Part shown: in pieces, positions 42,053-50,912 of the stretch
Position numbering within the stretch: the stretch's first letter is position 1
Layout: each line of letters begins with the position of its first letter
Assembly: GCA_963805855.1 (NCBI GenBank)
Contig: CAWDVW010000005.1
Span: 576,001-640,000, forward strand
Length of the DNA stretch: 64,000 nt
Origin: Candidatus Dadabacteria bacterium
GTDB taxonomy: Bacteria > Desulfobacterota_D > UBA1144 > Nemesobacterales > CSP1-2
Reading direction: 5' to 3'
Made by a program: the position numbers and the translations under genes
The notes under the pieces: generated by a model
What the model was told of the DNA's origin: nothing
Databases searched by the model: none
The model's input: only the letters and a program-made list of their open reading frames with translations

Positions 42053-43060
42053 ATGAGAGAAATAGCTTTGCCGGGTAAAGACTTAAGCGAACACTTCGTC
42101 AAGCCCGAACTGTTAATCGTACATGATCCAACCGAATTTGACGCATTTCAGGGATTTTCTGAGTGCCGAGGAGACGATGATCTGCTAGGTAAGTTCCTAT
42201 TTCGTGAGCGGCCTGACGCTGGCAGAGCCCACGCTCAGCATGTAAAGTTTGTCGAGAGTCTTAAGAAACATGTGGAGGTAAAATACCTGGCAGAAATCTT
42301 AGGTAATTCCCATCTGCCGATTTACGAGAAATTCCTCAGAAAAAATCCGAATCATATGTATACACACGATGCAATAATAACAATCCCATGGGTGCCCGAT
42401 GGATATATACTGGCGAACATGAGGAAAGAGATTCGAAGAAACGAGCCGGCCGTACTGGCAAAGGTAGCGGAAAATCTGGGACTTAACGAAATCCTGACTA
42501 TTCCCTCTCACCTTTACCTTGAGGGCGGAGATGTTATGCCCTTCTGCTATGGCAGAAAGAGAGCATTACTGATGGGTTATGGCCCCAGAACATCAATAGA
42601 AACACTTTACTTTCTCAGGGAAATCCTGGTGACTGACGGAATCGTTGATGAAATTGTTGGATTCAAATTAGCCGAATGGAGACTAAATCTCGACGGTTGC
42701 TTCTTCCCCGTCTCTGATAGAATGATAGTATCCAATCCTGGTAGCATCTTAGAAGGAATATTACTTGGTCGAGATTATACCAGGCAGATCAACCCTATTG
42801 AGTATTTCAGAGGACTCGGTTTTGTGATTGTCGAAGCAACCCGGGAAGAATCCTACCAACTTCAGGCGTGCAATTTTGTGTGCCTGGAAAAAGGAAAGCT
42901 CGCGGCATACAACATGACCGAAAGAATTAATAACATTCTGAGGGATCAAGGGCTGGAAGTAATTGGCGTTGAGGGCGACCAATTAGTCAAGGGGAATGGC
43001 GGTCCCCATTGTATGACAAGGCCTGTTTACAAACTAGTTAGAATTCATAGCTCGAGTTAA
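42053..43060 (+). CDS. Amidinotransferase / arginine deiminase superfamily protein
   Basis: AHAQH, LEGGD, C-terminal KGNGGPHCMTRP with catalytic Cys. Confidence 0.85.
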   Translation: MREIALPGKDLSEHFVKPELLIVHDPTEFDAFQGFSECRGDDDLLGKFLFRERPDAGRAHAQHVKFVESLKKHVEVKYLAEILGNSHLPIYEKFLRKNPNHMYTHDAIITIPWVPDGYILANMRKEIRRNEPAVLAKVAENLGLNEILTIPSHLYLEGGDVMPFCYGRKRALLMGYGPRTSIETLYFLREILVTDGIVDEIVGFKLAEWRLNLDGCFFPVSDRMIVSNPGSILEGILLGRDYTRQINPIEYFRGLGFVIVEATREESYQLQACNFVCLEKGKLAAYNMTERINNILRDQGLEVIGVEGDQLVKGNGGPHCMTRPVYKLVRIHSSS

Positions 43061-43114
43061 AAGAAAAGCCCCGGGATAGTCTCCCCCCCCAGTCTTGCTG
43101 GTCGGATGATGCGG

Positions 43115-44445
43115 TGCAACGAGCAAGACTCGTGACCTACCCATAAAAAACGCATCATACCCAAGCTGGGTCGCAAAACAGACTCGCTGGGGGATAATCA
43201 AATGTCACGAGCAAGATGTAGCGGAGGTCTTTAGTCCTCCCCTACATAAAACAGGGTTATGATTATTGCGGTGGCGACCTCCAGACACCGGTGATCTCGG
43301 CGACTGAACGTAGCGGAAACCTTTAGGTTTCCGCCCGATATGTTTCATCCATGACGGGGTTGGAGAACCCCGCCTATCGTAATAGGTGACGGAATATCAG
43401 ATTGAGGATAGTCGGGACATTCTTGTCCCGATAGGTTTCCATTCCATTGATTTTCTGGAGGACTAAAGTTCTCCGCTACATAAAGGAGTGCTTATGATTA
43501 TTGCGGTGGCGACATTCCAGACACCGGTCATCTCAGCGACTAAACGTAGCGAAAACCACTAGGTTCCCACCTCATATGTTTTATCCATGCAGGGGTGGAA
43601 AACCCCGCCTATCGATTATACATGACGGTATTTACTAGAAAGTCGGGACATTTTTGTCCCGATAGGTTTCTATTCCATGATTTCATGGAGGACTTTTAAG
43701 TCCTCCCGCTACATAAAGACAGGGTTATGATTATTGCGGTGGCGACCTCCAGACACGGTGATCTCAGTGACTAAATGTAGCGGAAACCTTTAGGTTTCCA
43801 CCCGATATGTTTCATCCATGCAGGGTTGGAAAACCCCGCCTATCCTTTCTGTCATTCCCGCGGATTGTAAGCGGGAATCCATGCTCTTGTCTATCGTTAT
43901 TCATGACGGTATTTACTATGGATAGTCGGGACATTCTGTCCCGCAATTGGAACATCCCAGGGAGGTCACGAGTCTTGCTCGCTGCAATATTACTCCCCTT
44001 TCGTAAAAGGGGAAGTACATCAATGCCGGAGGACTAAAGTCCTCCGCTACATAAACCAGGGTTATGATTATTGAGGTGAAGACCTTCAGACATCGGTATA
44101 TCCGTGACTAAATGTAGCGGAAACCTTTAGGTTCCCACCCGATATGTTTCATCCATGCAGGGGTGGAAAACCCCGCCTATCGTTATTCATGACGGTATTT
44201 AACTATGAATAGTCGGGACATTTTTGTCCCGATAGGTATTCCATTCCATGGATTTTATGGAGCGACTAATAGTCCTCCGCTACATAAAGGAGGGTCAGAT
44301 TATTGTCGGTGGCGACCTCCAGACCCCGGTGATCTAAAGGGGGAGTACATCGTAGCTGGAGGACCTTTAGAGTCCTCCGCCCACATCATTTTTATCCAGC
44401 GGTAGTTTTGTGAGAACCCCGCCTACCTAACGTGCAGGAATGACA
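43115..44445. repeat. Tandem array of ~233-bp multi-hairpin mosaic units (about 4.7 units)
   Basis: GGAGGACTAAAGTCCTCCGCTAC variants at ~43222, 43457, 43687, 44028 and 44259. Each is followed by GCGGTGGCGACCTCCAGACACCG, GTAGCGGAAACCTTTAGGTTTCC, GGGGTTGGAAAACCCCGCCTATC and (in full units) GATAGTCGGGACATT.TTGTCCCGA. Confidence 0.92.
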
Positions 44446-44471
44446 AAAACCAGGGGGTCGGTTGGCAAACG

Positions 44472-44514
44472 AAAAAAATCTCCGAAGCCTCTAATGATTC
44501 GGGGCGTCGGAGAT
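44472..44514 (-). terminator. Probable intrinsic terminator (minus strand)
   Basis: ATCTCCGA...TCGGAGAT stem followed by T-run on the minus strand. Confidence 0.6.
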
Positions 44515-44539
44515 AAATGCAACTTCAATCAGATTACAT

Positions 44540-45566
44540 ACAGTGATGGTCTAATTGCCCATCTATAGGCTCCAACTAACGTCTATCTTTTCCGATAGTA
44601 TCCTCAGATGGCTACTGAGTCCTTGACTTCCTAGGCAAAATTGCATCCCTTTTCGCAACTAGCAGGTACATCAGAATGATCCTCATTAGATTGTACGCGA
44701 CTGGATGCGGACTTACCGATACTGCGAATGCGCCGTCTGAAAGATATGGCGTTACCATGTAAACAATTGTCGCACATCATCCTCCAAAGCACTAAGATGC
44801 GTAGTACATCTAAACACACATGATCCTGAACCATGGCTGGTCGCACCTGTCAACGTGCGAACTTCAAGGGGTGGGCCTGGATCATACGGAATTAAATACA
44901 ATCATCTGGATCAGCGCGTATATATCAGCCGTTAACAGCTGACATTCAACAAGGTCTCCCTCGATAACTTGCCCCTGAGGCAATTGTTACGGTAATGAAG
45001 GCTGTTAGATCCATACCATCGTCAACCATAAGTGTGGTCGACACTCCGCCGATATCCTCTACATCTTCGCAGTAGGCCACCGCTAAAGGTCCACTGCAAT
45101 CGCCGCTGTTTAAATTCGGAATATCATCGTCACAGCTCGATCGGGCGTTGGACATGGGGGCAGAGGTAGTGGTGTCGGAGTAGGCGTTGGTGTAGGTGTT
45201 GGGGTTGGACTTACAGTCGGAGTTGGAGTTGGGGTTGCGGTCGGCATAGGCGTAGGGGTTGGAGATGGCGTCGGAGTTGCGGGTTGGCTGAGGCGTTGGA
45301 CTTGCAGTAGGAGTAGGTGTTGGAGTCGCAAACGGCTGGCAATTCCCCGTATCAATACTACATTGCTGATTCGGGAAGAATGCTCCTCCGTCTTGACTAC
45401 AAGAATTAGCAGTTACATCAGTTCCTGCCTGGCAGAAATCAAGAAATTCACAGCAATTTATTTTCCGTCCCCCATTGTTGTCATCGCAACCACTAATAAA
45501 CACAAAAACCGCAACATTTAAAAATAATACTGCTACTAGAGCTTTAAAGACCCGTATCCTACTCAT
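44540..45566 (-). pseudogene. Frameshifted Cys-rich lipoprotein with Pro/Thr linker
   Basis: Lipobox FISGC; AAGGAGG RBS. The (PT)n linker switches frame at ~45283 and continues in ORF 45110..45355; further broken Cys-rich frames follow. 3' limit approximate. Confidence 0.6.
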
Positions 45567-45802
45567 AATGCATCCTCCTTATCGATTATTGTACTATAAC
45601 GAAAATCTCTATAATTTTTTCTCTTAATCACTTCCAGTTATGATCGATATATTCTGAAAAAACTTTCATCGCTCACGGATAGACCGGATTTGATTTAATT
45701 GAAACATTCCCAAATACCAGTCCATGCTATCATAATACTAAGTCTATTTCAAGAGCAGAATTAGATAATATAAAAATTTCTTGAAAATGAAGAACCTGCA
45801 CC

Positions 45803-46247
45803 AGACTTGTCCTCGAAAGCATTTATCGGGGAAACATGCGGGGTTGGAAAACCACGCCTATCGTTTCTGTCATCCCCGAAGACTCCCCGCCAGATGCATG
45901 CGGAGACAGGCTTAATCGATGATCCACGCATTAAGATCATGGATTCCCGCTAACAATCCGCGGGAATGACAGGATGGCCGGATTCCTACTTACCGAGTGC
46001 GACATCAAGTTTGTCATCCCCGAGGACTCCCCGCCAGATGCATGCGGGGACAGGCTTTGTCGGGGATCCATCCCCACTAAAAACACGTGGGGACAAGCTC
46101 TTCTGGATTCCCAATAACGGCATTTGGGAATGACAAAGGGAGCGATGGAGTCCCTATTAAGGCAACCGTTTTGTCATCCCCGAACGCAGTGATCGGGGAT
46201 CCATGTGTTTTCTTCTGGATTCCAGCTAACAATCCGCGGGAATGACA
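45803..46247. repeat. Dense cluster of GTC-tagged palindromes downstream of the GIY-YIG gene
   Basis: At least six GTCATCCCCG...GATCCA / TGGATTCC...GGGAATGAC hairpins, two with nested inserts. Confidence 0.9.
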
Positions 46248-46268
46248 GAAGAGAGAACATGCTCTCAC

Positions 46269-46559
46269 TTATCCAATCACCTCCACGTACAAATCTTCCC
46301 AATTTCGATTGAACTTCTCGATCAGTTCTATTTTCCATCTTCGGTTCCACTTTTTTAACCTCTTCTCTCTTTCGATTGCGCTGTAGATATCAGGAGTCTC
46401 TTCATAATAAACTAATTTGTGTACCGAATATTTTTTTGTAAATCCCTCAACGATATTATTTTTATGTTCATAAACTCTCTTAATTAGATTATTGGTGACA
46501 CCAATGTACAGGGTCCCGTTTCTTTTACTCGCCATTATATAGACGAAGTATGTATTCAT
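46269..46559 (-). CDS. Stand-alone small GIY-YIG nuclease family protein
   Basis: YFVYIMASKRNGTLYIGVT, KRVYEHK, GFTKKY, AIEREKRLKKW, NRNWEDL; GGAGG RBS upstream. Confidence 0.93.
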   Translation of the reverse strand: MNTYFVYIMASKRNGTLYIGVTNNLIKRVYEHKNNIVEGFTKKYSVHKLVYYEETPDIYSAIEREKRLKKWNRRWKIELIEKFNRNWEDLYVEVIG

Positions 46560-46633
46560 AGCCTCCGGGCATTTGAATAGTTATATTGAAAGTATAATGC
46601 TTTTTGCAGTTGTCAAACCGGAGGACTCCTCAA

Positions 46634-46707
46634 TTGTCATCCCCGAGGATTTTAATCGGGGATCCATTCGTTTGTCTATGGATTCACAATAAAGGCTTTT
46701 GGTGACA
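46634..46707. repeat. GTC-tagged inverted doublet upstream of the GIY-YIG gene
   Basis: GTCATCCCCGAGGATTTTAATCGGGGATCCA ... TGGATTCACAATAAAGGCTTTTGGTGAC. Confidence 0.8.
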
Positions 46708-46791
46708 AAAGAAAATTTAAATTTTCAAACATGTTCGTTATTTTTCGTTTTTTGTTTATAATTAGTTCAATTTAATTTCTTCCATACCGCG

Positions 46792-47784
46792 ATGAAGAGA
46801 CTCCTTATTCTATGCCTTTTATTAATCACGACTAATGCCAGTGCAATACAAACCTTCAAATCCGAAAGACAGACTGATTATTTCAACTTTAAGGCCAAAT
46901 GCTCCGCAATAAAGAGTGACTGGAATAAACAGGGCTCTTTAATTTTCACGGAATATAAATTTATCGATGAGGAAACTGGAGAAGAAGTATCAATAAAGAA
47001 ATTGGGGGGGAAGGTGGGCGATATTGAGCTGGTAGTGCCCGATTTGCCCAATTTTGAGGTAGGTGATGCGTACCTTCTTTCACTGAGTAGAAACGAAGAG
47101 AATTCCGAACTCATTCTGGAAGATCTAGAACCTTTGAATACGACAAATATTCAACCCCGTAATATCACAGCCTTTCCCGTTTCGGGCACATTCGTTTTTG
47201 CAAGGTGGGAGAATATCCCGGTTGACTTTCGAGTTGACCCGGGAACGCTGGGTGGTGGAAATGGAATGACCATAATACAGCAGGCTTGTTCTGCCTGGAA
47301 CTCTATTAATAACGCCCCTAATATATGTGGAAGTATGAGCGTGGGCGCAACCGACGTTACCGGATCAAACTTCGACAGCATAGCGAGACCGGATGATGGT
47401 ATAAATGATGTAATATTCGACGAGGACGGTTCTATTATTAGTTCAATGGGGGGTTCTCCAAACAGCACACTAGGAATAGGAGGATTTTTCCAAGCCACCA
47501 CATCGGGTGAAATATTGGACGGGTTTATCGTATTAAATGGAACAACCACTCAAGCGGACTTCGTAGCGACAGCAACTCATGAGCTCGGTCATACCTGGGG
47601 AATCGGTCACACTGCCGTAGGAATGGTCAATGATTTTTTCAGTGATCAAGGGTTAGATCCAATAGACATAGCAAGACTTCCAACGATGTATCCTTTGAGT
47701 AATCCCTTGGATGACACTTTTGGCAGGACATTGGAGCCTGACGACATTGCCGCATTTATGACACTTTACGGTACTGCACAGTGA
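46792..47784 (+). CDS. Secreted matrixin-like (metzincin) zinc metalloprotease
   Basis: Signal peptide; HELGHTWGIGH zinc motif; Met-turn PTMYP; DDIAA. Confidence 0.88.
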   Translation: MKRLLILCLLLITTNASAIQTFKSERQTDYFNFKAKCSAIKSDWNKQGSLIFTEYKFIDEETGEEVSIKKLGGKVGDIELVVPDLPNFEVGDAYLLSLSRNEENSELILEDLEPLNTTNIQPRNITAFPVSGTFVFARWENIPVDFRVDPGTLGGGNGMTIIQQACSAWNSINNAPNICGSMSVGATDVTGSNFDSIARPDDGINDVIFDEDGSIISSMGGSPNSTLGIGGFFQATTSGEILDGFIVLNGTTTQADFVATATHELGHTWGIGHTAVGMVNDFFSDQGLDPIDIARLPTMYPLSNPLDDTFGRTLEPDDIAAFMTLYGTAQ

Positions 47785-48506
47785 AGATGAGAAAGCTATT
47801 AATACCGATTTTATGTATGATTTTTTTTTATTCATGCGGCCAAAGTGGTAATGATGGATCACCTCGAACAAATAATCCGCGCCCTACACAGATGGCAACT
47901 CCACAACCGACACCCAGTCCGCCTACCGAGACTGAACCGCCGGTAGCACCTTCTCCTAGTCCTGGACCGACTTCCACACCCCAACCAGAGCCCGCGCCAG
48001 GACCGACTCCGACGCCTGACCCGGCTCCCACGCCCGAGCCCACTATGACACCTGAACCTAGTCCAACTCCAACCCCAAATCCCGTAGACAACCCTCCGAC
48101 TCAATCCTCCAGCTTTGGCGCTATCAGGGGAATGGTGACTACATCTGGGGGATCACCTCTTAATGCTGTTCATGTAAGGGCAGTTAACGTGACTAATAAC
48201 GGCATTCAGATAGGTGCATTTTCAGGAATTGACAGCGGCTTAACCCTGAGGGACGGGGCCTATTTTATACAAGGTGTGCCACCAGGAAAATACAGGGTCT
48301 TGATTGAAAAAATAGATGGAAGGGGAAATGTAACTCCAAACACACTTGGAAGCTTTGTTTCATCAAACGCCCCTAATTTAGTATTCTCGGATGAATACTA
48401 CAATGCAGAAAGAGAATCCGATAACGACAACCCAGATGATTTTGAAGAAGTAACAGTCTTCGCAGATCAAATAACCGATGGTGTCAATTTCATCACGAAT
48501 GATTGA
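47781..48506 (+). CDS. Lipoprotein with Pro/Thr-rich linker and carboxypeptidase-regulatory-like beta-sandwich
   Basis: FFYSC lipobox; (PTPEP)n; GAIRGMV...GAYFIQGVPPGKYRV. Start 47781 (GTG) or 47787. Confidence 0.75.
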   Translation: MKMRKLLIPILCMIFFYSCGQSGNDGSPRTNNPRPTQMATPQPTPSPPTETEPPVAPSPSPGPTSTPQPEPAPGPTPTPDPAPTPEPTMTPEPSPTPTPNPVDNPPTQSSSFGAIRGMVTTSGGSPLNAVHVRAVNVTNNGIQIGAFSGIDSGLTLRDGAYFIQGVPPGKYRVLIEKIDGRGNVTPNTLGSFVSSNAPNLVFSDEYYNAERESDNDNPDDFEEVTVFADQITDGVNFITND

Positions 48507-48559
48507 AAAATGAATCATCCTGATGCGGTCTGCAGGAAATCAGCACATCAAAAATCAGC

Positions 48560-48990
48560 CTCTTCTTTCGCTTCGAGGAATCCGGAGCTTTGTCAAAAAG
48601 GAGATTGCTTCGGGATAAAACGCCTCGGAAAGCTTTGTGGAGGACTAAAGTCCTCCGCTACACAAAATTAGTATGATAGTTAAATGTAGCGGAAACCTTC
48701 CTTCGACGGGCTGGACAGGTTAGGTTTCCAATCTTTATGTTTTGTACTCGAACCTCTCCATCGGGTAGCATTTGGGAATGACACCCGGTTTGTCATCCCC
48801 GAGGATAGTCGTCGGGGATCCATGCCTTTTTTTCTGGATTCCCGCTACCAATCCACGGGAATGACAAAAGGCGGGAATAACGGGTCGTGAGTTTGCTTCA
48901 ATATCGGAGTTTGTCCGTAGTAAATCGAAGGCCAAACTTCGCAATTATGAGGGGTCGGTTGTCATCGCGAAGATATCGAAGCGATCGCCT
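48560..48990. repeat. Composite palindromic repeat cluster
   Basis: GAGATTGCTTCG.. hairpin, GTAGCGGA doublet with nested insert, GTC-tagged hairpins (48760-48867), GTCATCGCGAAG...GAAGCGATC. Confidence 0.8.
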
Positions 48991-49076
48991 ACCTAAATTG
49001 AGCTAATTACTGTCTTGCAGGGTTAAAGGAAATTCGCCAGTTGAATCGTGGAATAAAACAGAGACAAGTCTAATCC

Positions 49077-50795
49077 TTGAATAAGAAAAAATCTTTCAAG
49101 TCTTTACTATCCAAACACAAGTCGTCAATAATTCTGGGTCTTATCGCCTTGTCCATTGTCGACCTCGCTCAGATCGCCATTCCATTAATTGTTGAAAGGG
49201 TTGTCGATGTTCTGACCGCCGGTGATGCAAGAATTCAACAGATCACTCGATATGCTCTATATTTTCTGATAATAGGGTTTGTAATGGGTTTATTTGGTTT
49301 CGTCTGGCGATATTTTTTACTCGGAGTGGCTAGGGAAATAGAATACAGGCTGAGAAATGAATATTTTTCCCACTTACAAAGTCTAGACTTCAGCTTTTTT
49401 TCAAAGAGAACGGTCGGAGACCTGATGGCCCGCAATGTGAACGATATAGAGGCCGTTCGAGCAGCCTGCGGATTGGGAGTCATTGTAGGTTTTGAGGGGA
49501 TATTTCTATTCTCATTTATCGTTCCTACAATGCTTTTCGTCTCTCCCAGTCTGACCTTCTTTACACTCATCCCCTTTACTGTACTAGGATATGTCATTTT
49601 CAAATTTGGGAAAATGATAGAAGATCGCTTTAGGATGGTTCAGGATTCGTTCTCAAGACTCACGGAAACTGCCAGAGAAATCTTATCGGCAATCAAGGTG
49701 ATAAAAGGGGGTGTTCGACAAGGATACGAGGAAAGAAGGTTTGCAACCGAAAGCAACGATTATGTTAAGAATAACCTCTTTCTGATAAGAATCTGGGGCA
49801 TATACGAACCCCTGATCGCCTTTATACCGGGGATATCAATAGCGATCTTCCTCTGGCTGGGTGGTAGAAGCGCCATAACAAACCATATTACCCTTGGAGA
49901 CTTCGCCGCGATCCTGTTCTACCTGGTGATGCTTATATGGCCGGTAATCGCAATCGGTTGGGCTTCGAACCTTTTCAAGCGAGGAAATGCATCGATCAAA
50001 CGGATAAACGAAATCCTCGAAACTCAACCTGCCATGACCGAAAGCCCAGATAAAATCGAGCCAACGATTGAAGGAGATATAGAGTTTAGAAACCTGAATT
50101 TTTCCTACAATGGAAATCCGGCGTTAAGCGGAGTTAACTTATCAATTCCGATCGGAACGGGTTTGGGTATAACGGGAACGACCGGCTCGGGGAAAACCAC
50201 ATTATTAGAGTTACTCGTGGGCATATTGCAGATCCCTGAGGGCAGGATTTTTGTGGACAGGATTGATATAAGAAACATTAACCCGAAGAGTTTAAGAAAA
50301 GGAATAGTCTTTGTACCCCGAGAATCAATAATCTTTAATGGAACAATCCTGGAAAACCTCTCCTTTATGAATCCTGAGATCTCCTACAGCCAGGCAATTG
50401 AAGCCGCCAAAACTTCAGAGATTCATGATGAGGTCGTACATTTCCAAGACGGATTCAATACGATTGTCGGTGAAAGAGGGCTCAGCCTTTCCGGGGGTCA
50501 AAGGCAGCGGTTAGCGCTGGCGAGAGCAATACTCCTGAGACCGAAGGTATTGGTACTCGATGATGTGCTTTCTTCGCTTGACCTAAGAACCGAAAGCGCG
50601 GTCCTTAGAAATATCCGAAAGGCCATGGCGGAAAGAACACTGATCGTAGTGTCTAGCAGGGCACCCTCGATTAGTAACTTCGACAGGATTGCCGTTTTTG
50701 AAAGGGGAAAGGTCGTAGAAATGGGAAATCACAATGAGCTCTTATCGATGAAGGGGATTTACGAAAAACTCTATAATCTACATTCATTCAGGTAG
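49077..50795 (+). CDS. Type IV ABC exporter, half-transporter (TMD+NBD), degenerate-site subunit
   Basis: GTTGSGKT, LSGGQRQR, LDDVLS (no catalytic Glu), H-loop SSR. Confidence 0.92.
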   Translation: MNKKKSFKSLLSKHKSSIILGLIALSIVDLAQIAIPLIVERVVDVLTAGDARIQQITRYALYFLIIGFVMGLFGFVWRYFLLGVAREIEYRLRNEYFSHLQSLDFSFFSKRTVGDLMARNVNDIEAVRAACGLGVIVGFEGIFLFSFIVPTMLFVSPSLTFFTLIPFTVLGYVIFKFGKMIEDRFRMVQDSFSRLTETAREILSAIKVIKGGVRQGYEERRFATESNDYVKNNLFLIRIWGIYEPLIAFIPGISIAIFLWLGGRSAITNHITLGDFAAILFYLVMLIWPVIAIGWASNLFKRGNASIKRINEILETQPAMTESPDKIEPTIEGDIEFRNLNFSYNGNPALSGVNLSIPIGTGLGITGTTGSGKTTLLELLVGILQIPEGRIFVDRIDIRNINPKSLRKGIVFVPRESIIFNGTILENLSFMNPEISYSQAIEAAKTSEIHDEVVHFQDGFNTIVGERGLSLSGGQRQRLALARAILLRPKVLVLDDVLSSLDLRTESAVLRNIRKAMAERTLIVVSSRAPSISNFDRIAVFERGKVVEMGNHNELLSMKGIYEKLYNLHSFR

Positions 50796-50912
50796 GAAAC
50801 AATTATCGAAGCGAAGATAAACGGGGTTTTGAGGTAAACGAAATCTTCGATGAAATAACTGGGCATTTAAGGTTGAAAACAGTGTAAAGAATACGCATCT
50901 CCATATACTAAA

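Noticed and set aside
43115-44445. CRISPR array
   Set aside because: Sequences between the palindromes are conserved from unit to unit rather than unique spacers, five different palindromes alternate, and no cas genes are present.
46269-46559. uvrC or intron homing endonuclease
   Set aside because: Only 96 aa, no other UvrC domains, not inside an interrupted gene.
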